A stretch of 19,093 bases of DNA from the NCBI GenBank assembly GCA_037446215.1, contig JBBIJB010000033.1, positions 1-19,093 on the forward strand, read 5' to 3'. Numbering within the stretch: position 1 is the first letter of the stretch; every line of letters starts with the position of its first letter. Below, piece by piece: positions 1 to 8,284 of the stretch. The notes under the pieces were generated by a model, which was not told the DNA's origin, did not search any database, and was given only the letters and a program-made list of their open reading frames with translations. The stretch comes from Armatimonadota bacterium. GTDB lineage: Bacteria > Sysuimicrobiota > Sysuimicrobiia > Sysuimicrobiales > Humicultoraceae. The position numbers and the translations under genes are program-made.

Positions 1-2004
1 GCCCTCCTTGTCGAGCTGTGGCGCGCCCACGTTGCTGGTCATGATTATGACGGTGTTCTTGAAGTCCACTGTGCGACCCTGAGCGTCCGTGAGCCGGCCG
101 TCGTCGAGGATCTGCAGCAGCACGTTGAAGATCTCCGGGTGCGCCTTCTCAATCTCGTCGAACAGCACCACCGAGAAGGGGCGCCTGCGGACCGCCTCCG
201 TAAGCTGGCCGCCCTCCTCGTAGCCGACGTACCCTGGGGGCGACCCCACAAGTCGGCTGACCGTGTGACGCTCACTGTACTCGGACATGTCGATGCGGAC
301 CAGGGCTGCCTCATCGCCAAACAGAAACTCGGCGAGGGCACGCGCCAGCTCGGTCTTGCCGACCCCTGTCGGGCCCAGGAAGATGAAGGTCCCGATCGGC
401 CGGCGGGGATCCTTCAGCCCCGCGCGGGCACGCCTCACCGCCTTGCTCACCGCCCGAACTGCCTCCTCCTGGCCTACGATCCGCTCGTGGAGGGTCTCCT
501 CCATCCGGAGGAGCTTGTGGCTCTCCTCCTCGACGAGCCGGGTAACCGGGATCCCGGTCCAGGAGCTGACTATTTCCGCGATGTCGTCATCCGTAACCGT
601 ACCCAGTCCGGTCCGTCCCCTCTCCCGCTTCGCCTCTCCCTCGATCTCCTCCAGTTTCTGGCGCAGTGCCCGCTCGCGGTCGCGCAGCTGCGCGGCGCGC
701 TCGAACTCCTGGGCCTTGCTGGCCTCCTCCTTCTCGCGCCGGGTACGCTCGATCCGCTCCACGACCTGGCGGACCTCCTGCGGCAGGGCCGACGCCTGGA
801 GGCGGATCTTCGAGGAGGCCTCGTCCATTATGTCGATCGCCTTGTCGGGAAGCGCACGGTCCGAGATGTACCTGTCCGCCAGCGTGGCCGCGGCAACCAG
901 CGCCTCGTCCGTGATGGAGACGCCGTGGTGGGCCTCGTAGCGGTCCCGCAGCCCGTGCAGGATCTCGACCGTCTGCTCCACAGTAGGCTCGGGTATCAGC
1001 ACGGGCTGGAAGCGCCGCTCCAGTGCGGCATCCCGCTCGACGTACTTGCGGAACTCGTCGAGGGTCGTGGCCCCGATGCATTGCAGCTCACCGCGGGCGA
1101 GTGCGGGCTTGAGGATGTTGCTGGCGTCTATGGCGCCCTCGGCTGCCCCGGCGCCCACCAGGGTGTGCAGCTCGTCTACGAACAGCACCACCTCGCCGGC
1201 CGCCTTGCGGATCTCCTCGATCACCTTCTTCATCCGCTCTTCGAACTCGCCGCGGTACTTCGTCCCCGCGACGAGCGCGGCCAGGTCGAGCTGAACCACG
1301 CGCCTGTTGCGCAGCGCGTCGGGGACCTCTCCCCTGATGATCCGCTGCGCCAGGCCCTCGGTGATCGCCGTCTTGCCCACCCCCGGTTCTCCGATGAGGG
1401 CGGGGTTGTTCTTGGTGCGGCGCGACAGGATCTGGATGACCCGCTCTATCTCGCGCTCCCGTCCGATCACGGGGTCCAGCTTGTTCTCCCGCGCCAGCTT
1501 GGTCAGGTCGCGGCCGAACTCGTCCAGGGTTGGGGTCTTGCTCGCCTGCTTGGTATAGGTAACGGTGCCTTCCTCGCCCAGGAGGTAGACCACCTGCGCG
1601 CGGACCCTGTCGAGATCCGCCCCCATGGCATCCAGGACCCTCGCGGCCACCCCCTCGCCCTCGCGGATCAGGCCTAGGAGGAGGTGCTCGGTTCCGATGT
1701 AGTTGTGGCCCAGGCGGCGAGCCTCGTCGAGGGCGAGCTCCAGCACCTTCTTGGCCCTGGGCGTGAAGGTCACTTCCTCGTGCGGCGAGCGCTCACCCCG
1801 GCCGATGGCGCCCTCAATCTCCGCGCGCACCCGCTCCGGGCTGATGTTGAGGCTCTCGAGGACCTTGCTGGCGACCCCCTCGCCTTCACGGATGATCCCC
1901 AGGAGTATGTGCTCGGTTCCCACAGCGCTGTGGTTGAGGCGCTTTGCCTCCTCCTGCGCCAGGATAATCACGCGGCGAGCGCGCTCTGTGAACCGCTCAA
2001 ACAT
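1..2004 (-). CDS. clpC: ATP-dependent Clp protease ATP-binding subunit ClpC (3' end runs off the window)
   Basis: Translated by hand (not in the ORF track because there is no stop in the window). Starts [36 protein letters not shown]; second Clp-N repeat [33 protein letters not shown]; Walker A GEPGVGKT and GPTGVGKT; short M-domain [13 protein letters not shown]; pore loop [39 protein letters not shown]. An in-frame GTG at 2010 is an alternative start; SD-like AGAGGGGAG upstream. Confidence 0.97.
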   Translation of the reverse strand, partial: MFERFTERARRVIILAQEEAKRLNHSAVGTEHILLGIIREGEGVASKVLESLNISPERVRAEIEGAIGRGERSPHEEVTFTPRAKKVLELALDEARRLGHNYIGTEHLLLGLIREGEGVAARVLDAMGADLDRVRAQVVYLLGEEGTVTYTKQASKTPTLDEFGRDLTKLARENKLDPVIGREREIERVIQILSRRTKNNPALIGEPGVGKTAITEGLAQRIIRGEVPDALRNRRVVQLDLAALVAGTKYRGEFEERMKKVIEEIRKAAGEVVLFVDELHTLVGAGAAEGAIDASNILKPALARGELQCIGATTLDEFRKYVERDAALERRFQPVLIPEPTVEQTVEILHGLRDRYEAHHGVSITDEALVAAATLADRYISDRALPDKAIDIMDEASSKIRLQASALPQEVRQVVERIERTRREKEEASKAQEFERAAQLRDRERALRQKLEEIEGEAKRERGRTGLGTVTDDDIAEIVSSWTGIPVTRLVEEESHKLLRMEETLHERIVGQEEAVRAVSKAVRRARAGLKDPRRPIGTFIFLGPTGVGKTELARALAEFLFGDEAALVRIDMSEYSERHTVSRLVGSPPGYVGYEEGGQLTEAVRRRPFSVVLFDEIEKAHPEIFNVLLQILDDGRLTDAQGRTVDFKNTVIIMTSNVGAPQLDKEG

Positions 2005-2162
2005 CGCCACCGCACTCTCCCCTCTTACTGGGACGAGAGGGAACCCAGACCTCGCAGATCTCGACTTCTGCCCTCCGTGACCCCACTCCTGCCGCCGGGC
2101 GTGCCGGCGGCCGTGAGGGCGTGCCGCCCTCCTCCCCCCAGGTCTACGGAGGGAGGGCCGGG

Positions 2163-2191
2163 CCTATTCCACGCTCGCCTATCTATTGCCC
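2163..2191 (-). promoter_or_regulatory. Candidate alternative-sigma (SigH-like) promoter for clpC
   Basis: Minus strand GGCA-N17-GAAT (GGGCAATAGATAGGCGAGCGTGGAATAGG), similar to the B. subtilis sigma-H AGGA-N17-GAAT architecture; -35 match is imperfect. Confidence 0.3.
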
Positions 2192-2220
2192 ATCCGGGGC
2201 GCGTTTCGGACAGAGGCCGG

Positions 2221-2727
2221 CTACGGGACTATCTCCAGGATCTCGTACTGAAAGGTCCCTGCGGGCACCCGAACGGTCACGGTCTCGCCCTTGCGCCGGC
2301 CTATCAGGGCCTGTCCCACCGGGGATTCGTTGCTGATGCGATCGCTGACGGGGTCGGCCTCTGCCGATCCCACTATCGTGTAACTCATCTCGCTGCCGGC
2401 CGCGATGTCTCTCAGCCGCACCGTGACCCCAACCGAGACCGTGTCCTCCGAGGCCTCGCTGGTATCGATGACCCGGGCGCTCCTCAGCATCTGCTCGATC
2501 TGGAGGATGCGGCCCTCCACGAACGCCTGCTCGTTCTTCGCGTCATCGTACTCGGCGTTCTCGGTCAGATCTCCGAACTCCTTGGCCTGCTTGATCCTCT
2601 CGGCCACGTCACGGCGCTTCGTGGTCCTGAGATGGTCGAGTTCGTCCTCGAGCTTCCGGCGGCCGGCCTCGGTGAGGATCGTCTCCCTGCCGGGCTCTGA
2701 AACCCTCAAGCTTCTGTTGTTCTTCAT
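2221..2727 (-). CDS. greA: Transcription elongation factor GreA
   Basis: LTEAGRRKLEDELDHL, AKEFGDLTENAEYDDAKNEQAFVEGRI (acidic D/E tip), EADPVSDRISNESPVGQALIG. ATG at 2727 chosen; exact start uncertain because there is no strong SD. Confidence 0.96.
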   Translation of the reverse strand: MKNNRSLRVSEPGRETILTEAGRRKLEDELDHLRTTKRRDVAERIKQAKEFGDLTENAEYDDAKNEQAFVEGRILQIEQMLRSARVIDTSEASEDTVSVGVTVRLRDIAAGSEMSYTIVGSAEADPVSDRISNESPVGQALIGRRKGETVTVRVPAGTFQYEILEIVP

Positions 2728-2753
2728 CGGGCAACCCAGGGCCACAACGGATA

Positions 2754-2782
2754 CCGACCGCCGGACAATGCCCGGCGGTCGG
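2754..2782 (-). terminator. Strong hairpin in the greA 5' leader (possible attenuator or pause hairpin)
   Basis: Perfect 11-bp stem CCGACCGCCGG / CCGGCGGUCGG with 7-nt loop GCAUUGU, followed by an imperfect U tail (UAUCCGUUGU). Confidence 0.45.
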
Positions 2783-2795
2783 GAGAACTGGGTCG

Positions 2796-2824
2796 AGTAT
2801 AGCCGCCGCCCGTCCGTGCGTCAA
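2796..2824 (-). promoter_or_regulatory. Sigma70/SigA promoter of greA
   Basis: Minus strand TTGACG (2824-2819), 17-nt spacer, TATACT (2801-2796): 5/6 matches to both consensus hexamers in a GC-rich intergenic region. Confidence 0.85.
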
Positions 2825-2846
2825 GCGCAACCGCCCGCGTCTGCGC

Positions 2847-3953
2847 TCAACCTCGGCCGATCACGGCGGTCCGCTTCGCTTTCGCGGCCTGCCTGATCGC
2901 GGCGATCTCCTCTCCGGTGATCGCGCGCTCGAACCGACGGAAGCCTGCTATCCGGAATCCGTGCTTGGTGGCGAGCGTGGAGATCTCGTCGACCTGACCG
3001 CAGGTGAGGTCCCGGCCGAGCGTGTAGTCCTCGTACCTTCCATCGAGGGCCAGGACCATCGTCTCCGCCATGCAGGCCTCGCTGAGGCCCGGAGGGAAGC
3101 CGAAGTCGATCCCGAAGTCCGGCTCTCCCGGGACCTCTATCACGCCGCCGTCGAAGACCAGCACGTCATCTCGGCTCTCGTAGACCATCCTGGAGACGTT
3201 CCTTGGTCGGGCCACGTCGCACACGACCGCTCCGGGGTGCAGGTCCTCCGGCTCGATCAGCACGTCCGTCGCGGCGGAGACCGCGAGCAGCAGATCGGCC
3301 TGCCGCACCGCGGCATGCACGTCGGTGGTGACGTCCACGATCGCCCCTGTGGCGTCGCGGATCCGCCCTGCGAGCCCATTGAGTAGGTCCAGGCTGCGGG
3401 CCACGAGCCGGAGCGAGCCGACGTGCCTGGCAAGGATCTGGCTGCATACCGCACCGATCGACCCCGTCGCCCCGATGACGACCGCCCGCAACCCGGCCGG
3501 GTCCATCTCCATCTCACGGGCCGCCAGCAGGGCGCTCTCTACCGCGGCGGCCGCGGTGTAGCTGTTGCCGGTCGTGACCGGCAGCCGCAGCCGCTCGGCC
3601 ACGGTCACGCCGCGGTCCCCGATCACCTTGGTGAAGGCACCGAGCCCCATGATCCTCGCTCCCAGTGACTCCGCCAGGCGGCCGCACGCAACCAGCTTCC
3701 TGTAGACCGCCTCCGGCTCGGTTCTCAGGATCAGCCGCGAGGTCATCGGCAGGCCAATGAACCACCCCTCGGCGCGTGCCCCGGTGGGAGAGCGGACCCC
3801 TGTAATCCGGGAGGCGACCAGCGGGCTCATCTGGCCGCCGATCCACTCGAGGACGCGGTCCGGGATCTTCCGCGCTATCGGGAACTTCCGTACGAAGTCG
3901 CGCGCAACCAGGGGATGGACGACAAACGCGAAGCGCCTGGGTTCGTCGTGCAC
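2847..3953 (-). CDS. Long-chain acyl-ACP/acyl-CoA reductase-like protein (AAR/COG5322-like; often auto-annotated as shikimate/quinate dehydrogenase)
   Basis: Collinear motifs with cyanobacterial AAR as recalled: FAFVVH, SPTG, GLGAFT, TTGNSYT, Rossmann GATGSIG, DGGV, ACMAE (catalytic Cys; AAR has ACFAE), LGRD, KHGF. GTG start with AGGAGG SD. Confidence 0.8.
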   Translation of the reverse strand: MHDEPRRFAFVVHPLVARDFVRKFPIARKIPDRVLEWIGGQMSPLVASRITGVRSPTGARAEGWFIGLPMTSRLILRTEPEAVYRKLVACGRLAESLGARIMGLGAFTKVIGDRGVTVAERLRLPVTTGNSYTAAAAVESALLAAREMEMDPAGLRAVVIGATGSIGAVCSQILARHVGSLRLVARSLDLLNGLAGRIRDATGAIVDVTTDVHAAVRQADLLLAVSAATDVLIEPEDLHPGAVVCDVARPRNVSRMVYESRDDVLVFDGGVIEVPGEPDFGIDFGFPPGLSEACMAETMVLALDGRYEDYTLGRDLTCGQVDEISTLATKHGFRIAGFRRFERAITGEEIAAIRQAAKAKRTAVIGRG

Positions 3954-3963
3954 TGACGGCCTC

Positions 3964-4884
3964 CTATGCCGGATTCGACAACCTCTCCACGCGCGGGTGA
4001 AACCCGGCGCGCTGGAACCAACTGAGGTAGTCCTCCGGGGTCAGATCCTCGGGCCTGCGCCCGGAGAGCGCCACGAGGACTGCCTCAAGCACGTTGGTGG
4101 CGAATGAGCGGCCGTCCATCTCGGGCGTGGTGGTCACGAGCAGCTCCACCTTCCGGCGCCGCAGATCCTCTAGATCCGCACCGGTGATGGTGTTGGTAAG
4201 GATCGTCTTGCCGGAGAGATCGTCCGGCATGTATCTCTGGATCAGGTGGTAGTCGCCGGCGACGATCTCTGCCCACCGGTAGGCCCTGCCGTACCTGGGT
4301 GTCACCTGCTCCTGCTCCTTGCCTGTGGGATAGAGCCATGTGAACGGTCCGCGCGTCAGCACCGGTAGCAGGATGCCGGCGAGGATCTTTATTGTCACCA
4401 GCCCTCTCAGGCCAACCGGGACTCCGAGGCCGAACATCAGATCGCCGAAGACCACGTCCGCGCCGGCCTCCGTGAACGCCTGAGCCATCCCGTAGCGGTC
4501 CACGGAAGCCACCAGGAGCACCCTCCTGCCCCGGATGCGCACCCCCATCTCTTCGGGCAGCAGGGTCCTGACCAGGTAGCGCTCCCACCCCTGCTTGATG
4601 CCGGAGCCGTCCACGACCGGCGTCCGGAGACCTTGCACCGCGCGCACGGCATCCCTGATGTAGTACTTGCGGCTGCCGACGGTGAGCGCTAGGTTGATGC
4701 CCCCCAGCCCGATCGCGTCCACCTTCCCATCGTAGTCGCGAAGCCGCCTGCACAGCTCCCTGTAATCTCCACCGGTGCCGACTCGTTCGATTGTGAATGG
4801 CTGTCCCAACAGCTCGGTCTCGACCCTGTGGTCACCCCGGCTGGAGCCGAGGCTGACGCTTACCACGTGCCGTCTCCGGCTCAC
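3964..4884 (-). CDS. Conserved uncharacterised protein (recalled as the family loosely labelled 'quinate 5-dehydrogenase'); probable partner of the AAR-like protein
   Basis: 306-aa ORF; GTG start at 4884 overlaps the birA stop (GTGA) with GGAGGT SD. Motifs VVSVSLGSS, ERVGTGGD, DGKVDAIGLGG, PVVDGSGIK, FGDLMFGLG, LYPTG, GRSFATNVLEA. Function not established. Confidence 0.75.
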   Translation of the reverse strand: MSRRRHVVSVSLGSSRGDHRVETELLGQPFTIERVGTGGDYRELCRRLRDYDGKVDAIGLGGINLALTVGSRKYYIRDAVRAVQGLRTPVVDGSGIKQGWERYLVRTLLPEEMGVRIRGRRVLLVASVDRYGMAQAFTEAGADVVFGDLMFGLGVPVGLRGLVTIKILAGILLPVLTRGPFTWLYPTGKEQEQVTPRYGRAYRWAEIVAGDYHLIQRYMPDDLSGKTILTNTITGADLEDLRRRKVELLVTTTPEMDGRSFATNVLEAVLVALSGRRPEDLTPEDYLSWFQRAGFHPRVERLSNPA

Positions 4885-5639
4885 GGCTCGCTCACCTCCA
4901 GCAGGTCGCCTGCGATGATGCGCCTCAAGGTCCCATCTGCTTCTCGAAGCCGCAGCGCTCCATCTTGATCCACGCCGTCGGCGGTGCCTTCGAGCGCCGC
5001 CCCCGCGACTGCGATCCTGACCCTCTCGCCTCGCGTCAGGTCCCGGTCCGACCACGCCCTAATCAGGCGGAGGTCTGCGGCGCTCCACGCATCGTACCAG
5101 ACGGCCCACCGTGCCAGCAACGCCCGGAGCAGGAGCTCGACCGACACGGGACGGCCGGCGATACGGTGCAGCGAGCCGGCGCGGGCAGCAACCTCCGCCG
5201 GAAGATCGTCGGCCTCCACGTTCGCGTTGATGCCGATCCCGACCACCGCCGCCCCCGCCGCTGCCTCGATCAGGATGCCGGCCACCTTTCGCCCTGCCAC
5301 CAGCAGGTCGTTGGGCCAACGCACTCCCGGCGAGAGCCCTGCCACCTCCTCTATGGCCTCGGCCGCGGCCAAGGCCCCGGCCAGGCTCAGTAGGCCCCAG
5401 CCGTCATCCCTGACCGGCCTGAGCAGCAGTGAGCACCAGAGCCCGCCCGCGGGCGACGCCCACGGCCTCCCCATCCGACCCCGGCCCCGCGTCTGGCGCT
5501 CGGCCACCACCACCGCGCCCTCGCGGACGCCGGCCCGAGCCAGCGCACGCGCCAGGTCATTTGTCGATTCCAGGTCAACTACCCTCACCGTCGGGCAGCC
5601 GAAGCAGGTCTGGACGGCCGGTTTGATGGGTACGGTCAT
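4881..5639 (-). CDS. birA: Biotin--[acetyl-CoA-carboxylase] ligase (monofunctional, no N-terminal HTH)
   Basis: STND, AERQTRGRGRMGRPWASP, RWPND, KVAGILIE, VGIGIN and C-terminal GVDQDGAL. ATG at 5639 overlaps the upstream stop (ATGA). Confidence 0.93.
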   Translation of the reverse strand: MTVPIKPAVQTCFGCPTVRVVDLESTNDLARALARAGVREGAVVVAERQTRGRGRMGRPWASPAGGLWCSLLLRPVRDDGWGLLSLAGALAAAEAIEEVAGLSPGVRWPNDLLVAGRKVAGILIEAAAGAAVVGIGINANVEADDLPAEVAARAGSLHRIAGRPVSVELLLRALLARWAVWYDAWSAADLRLIRAWSDRDLTRGERVRIAVAGAALEGTADGVDQDGALRLREADGTLRRIIAGDLLEVSEP

Positions 5640-6280
5640 CTGCTCTGATCGGCCCTGGTCCGGAGCGGGAAGACGGTGGGCAGCATCGCCTGCATCTCTG
5701 AGATCAGCAGGTCGGGATCGTCCAGCCTGACAGAGGCGGCGTCTACCTGCAGCATGGGGCACAGGTCGAACCTCGCGACCCACTCCTCGTAGCGATCGTT
5801 CAGCTGGGCGAGGTAATCGAACGGGATCTGGCGCTCGTAGTCGCGCGACCTCATCATTATGCGATCCTGCATCAGCTCCACCGGGGCGCGCAGGTAGATC
5901 ACGAGGTCTGGAGGCCGCAGGAACTCCACCATGATCTTGAAAAGGTCATGGTAGCAGCGGAAGTCTCGCTCGTCCATCAGCCCCTGGAGATACAAGTTGC
6001 GGGCGAAGATCTCGACATCCTCGTAGATCGTCCGGTCCTGGATCACAGGGCTGGGCCCGCGGACTATCTCCTGGTGGTGCCTGAACCGCCGCGACAGGAA
6101 GAAGACCTGCAGGTGGAAGCTCCACCGCGCCATCTCGGCGTAGAAGTCGGGCAGGTAGGGGTTCTCGTCAACGACCTCGTAGTAGGGCTGCCAGCCGAGG
6201 CGCTGGCACAACAGCGTCGTGAGCGTCGACTTGCCCGACCCGATGTTGCCGCTCATAGCCACGAACCACTTCAACTCCAT
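5636..6280 (-). CDS. dck: Deoxynucleoside kinase, Dck (dAdo/dCyd kinase)-like
   Basis: P-loop GNIGSGKST, ENPYLPDFY, RWSFHLQVFFL, QDRTIYED, lid RIMMRSRDYE; resembles B. subtilis Dck. TTG at 6274 (TTGA overlap) is an alternative start with better SD spacing. Confidence 0.85.
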   Translation of the reverse strand: MELKWFVAMSGNIGSGKSTLTTLLCQRLGWQPYYEVVDENPYLPDFYAEMARWSFHLQVFFLSRRFRHHQEIVRGPSPVIQDRTIYEDVEIFARNLYLQGLMDERDFRCYHDLFKIMVEFLRPPDLVIYLRAPVELMQDRIMMRSRDYERQIPFDYLAQLNDRYEEWVARFDLCPMLQVDAASVRLDDPDLLISEMQAMLPTVFPLRTRADQSR

Positions 6281-7020
6281 CCCTCCCCGCGGCCGGCCGC
6301 CGGTCCGGGGCCGGGCTCATCGGACACGGCGGCCGAGCGCGCGGCGTCGATGGCAGAGACCACCGCCCCGAGGCCGGCTTCCGCCAGGAGATCGATCCGG
6401 TCTGTGTCCACGGCGACGACCGGGGCATGCTCGAAGTCGGAGAAGAAGTCGTCGTAGGCCGAGGAGACGCTCGCCAGGTAGCCGGGGGTGATCTCCTGCT
6501 CGAAGGCGCGGCCGCGCAGCTCGATCCGGTGCAGCAGCGTCTCCACCGCGGCCCGCAGGTGCACTACGACGTCGGGAGCGGGTACCTGCGGGGCTATGAG
6601 CCGGTAGACGTTCTCGTAGAGGGCCAGCTCGTCGGCGTCCAGGGTGAGGCGGGCGAAGAGCCGGTCCTTTGCGAACATGTAGTCTGAGATCACACCCTCG
6701 CCGCTCGCGAGGCGCCCGCCGGCGGCCTGCTGCTGTCGGTAGCGGCTCAGCAGGAAGAACAGCTGCGTCTGAAAAGCCCGGCCCCGCATGTCGTGGTAGA
6801 AGGTCAGGAGGAACGGGTTCTCCTCGACCACCTCGAGCAGCGCAGAGGCGCCCATCTCTGCGGCCAGCCGGCGGGCAAGGGTGGTCTTGCCTACGCCGAT
6901 CGGGCCCTCCACGGCGACGAACAGCCCCCTGGGGGCCAATGGGAGAAGGGGGCGCTGGTCGGTGCGCGGCAGCCGAACGGCCACGGGCTGCGGGAGGCCT
7001 GGCGGTGTATCAGCCGACAA
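6271..7020 (-). CDS. dgk: Deoxynucleoside kinase, Dgk (dGuo kinase)-like
   Basis: EGPIGVGKTT, ENPFLLTFY, AFQTQLFFLLSRYRQ, SDYMFAKDRLFA, LLHRIELRGRAFE; resembles B. subtilis Dgk. Substrate assignment is by similarity only; TTG start uncertain (Pro-rich N-terminal extension). Confidence 0.82.
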   Translation of the reverse strand: MSADTPPGLPQPVAVRLPRTDQRPLLPLAPRGLFVAVEGPIGVGKTTLARRLAAEMGASALLEVVEENPFLLTFYHDMRGRAFQTQLFFLLSRYRQQQAAGGRLASGEGVISDYMFAKDRLFARLTLDADELALYENVYRLIAPQVPAPDVVVHLRAAVETLLHRIELRGRAFEQEITPGYLASVSSAYDDFFSDFEHAPVVAVDTDRIDLLAEAGLGAVVSAIDAARSAAVSDEPGPGPAAGRGEGWS

Positions 7021-8284
7021 CGAGCCGTCCTCTCTTTACCACCTTATGTATCAGCCCTGTGCCGAGGGCCGCGGCGAGCTCTCTGTGATCCTGGAGTTCG
7101 AGCACCAGGAGGTCGGCCGCCTTGCCGCACTCCAGGCTCCCGACCTCCTCCTCCACCCCGATCGCCCAGGCGGCGTTGATCGTCGCCGCCGCTATCGCCT
7201 CGCTCGGCAGCATCCTCATGCCAACGCACGCCAGGGAGATGGCTGCCGGCATCGACCACGTGGGTGACGACCCCGGGTTGAAGTCGGTCGCGAGCGCGAC
7301 CGGAACGCCCAGCTCGATCATGAGTCGGGCGTTGGCGTAAGGAAGCCCCAGGAAGTACGCGGTGGTGGGCATGAGGACCGCCACGGTGCCGGAGGAGGCG
7401 AGGGCCCTCAGCCCCTGCTCGGAAGCCCGGAGCAGATGGTCCGCCGAGATCGCGCCCAGCTCCGCCGCCAGCTCGGCGCCGCCGGTGTGGGAGAACTCGT
7501 CGGCGTGCAGTTTTGGGGTGAGCCCCAGCTCGGATCCCGCCTCGAGGACCCTACGCCCCTGTTCGATAGTGAAGGCGCCGACGTCGCAGTAGGCGTCGCA
7601 GAACTCCGCCAGCTCCTCCTGCGCGACCGCGGGTAGAAGCTCCTCGACGATCAGGTCCACGAAGCTGTCGGCGCGGCCCGTGAACTCCCGGGGTACCGCG
7701 TGGGCGGCCAGGAGCGTGGGCACGAGGTCGACCTCGTGCGCGGCGGAGAGCCTGTGCGCGGCGCGCAGGAGCTTCAACTCCTCCTCTACCGAGAGGCCGT
7801 ACCCGCTCTTGGCCTCGGCGGTCGTCGTACCCGAGCGCAGCATCCTGTCCAGGCGGGCGAGGCCGAGCCGCACCAACTCCTCCTCGCCGCAGGCGCGGGT
7901 GGCCTCCACGGTGCTCAGGATGCCGCCGCCCGCGGCGGCGATCTCGAGGTAGGACGCGCCCCTCAGCCGCATCTCAAACTCGTCTACGCGCGAGCCGGCG
8001 AAGACGAGATGGGTGTGTGGATCGACGAAGCCTGGAAGGACCACCCGGCCCGAGGCGTCAACCACGACGGCGCCCGGCTCCAGCTCCAGGCGGGCCCGCA
8101 CCTCGTCGGTGGTTCCGACTGCGACTACCTGCCCGTCGCGCGCGGCCACGGCGCCGTCTCGGATCGCTCCGAGGTCCGAGAGCGCCGCGCCCCTGCGGGG
8201 CCCAGTGGGGCTCCCCACGAGCGTGAGCAGCTCTGAGGCGTTCTCCACCAGCAGGTCCGCCGTCAGCGAGCCGGCCTCACTCAA
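7010..8284 (-). CDS. hutI: Imidazolonepropionase
   Basis: PGFVDPHTHLVFAGSR, GGGILSTV, EAKSGYGL, KLHADE, SADHL, ALATDFNPGSSP; hut context. Confidence 0.96.
   Translation of the reverse strand: MSEAGSLTADLLVENASELLTLVGSPTGPRRGAALSDLGAIRDGAVAARDGQVVAVGTTDEVRARLELEPGAVVVDASGRVVLPGFVDPHTHLVFAGSRVDEFEMRLRGASYLEIAAAGGGILSTVEATRACGEEELVRLGLARLDRMLRSGTTTAEAKSGYGLSVEEELKLLRAAHRLSAAHEVDLVPTLLAAHAVPREFTGRADSFVDLIVEELLPAVAQEELAEFCDAYCDVGAFTIEQGRRVLEAGSELGLTPKLHADEFSHTGGAELAAELGAISADHLLRASEQGLRALASSGTVAVLMPTTAYFLGLPYANARLMIELGVPVALATDFNPGSSPTWSMPAAISLACVGMRMLPSEAIAAATINAAWAIGVEEEVGSLECGKAADLLVLELQDHRELAAALGTGLIHKVVKRGRLVVG

Noticed and set aside
139..2700. Long plus-strand ORFs 139..1677 (512 aa) and 1684..2700 (338 aa)
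   Set aside because: Antisense shadows of clpC and greA; GC-rich codon usage suppresses stops on the opposite strand, and the translations have no recognisable motifs.
2825..2846. GCGCA...TGCGC hairpin right after the AAR-like stop as a terminator
   Set aside because: Short imperfect stem with no real U tract; expected by chance at this GC content.
2847..3953. Annotation as shikimate dehydrogenase AroE
   Set aside because: No AroE motifs (SxSP, NVTxPxK, NTD) seen; motifs match acyl-ACP reductase instead.
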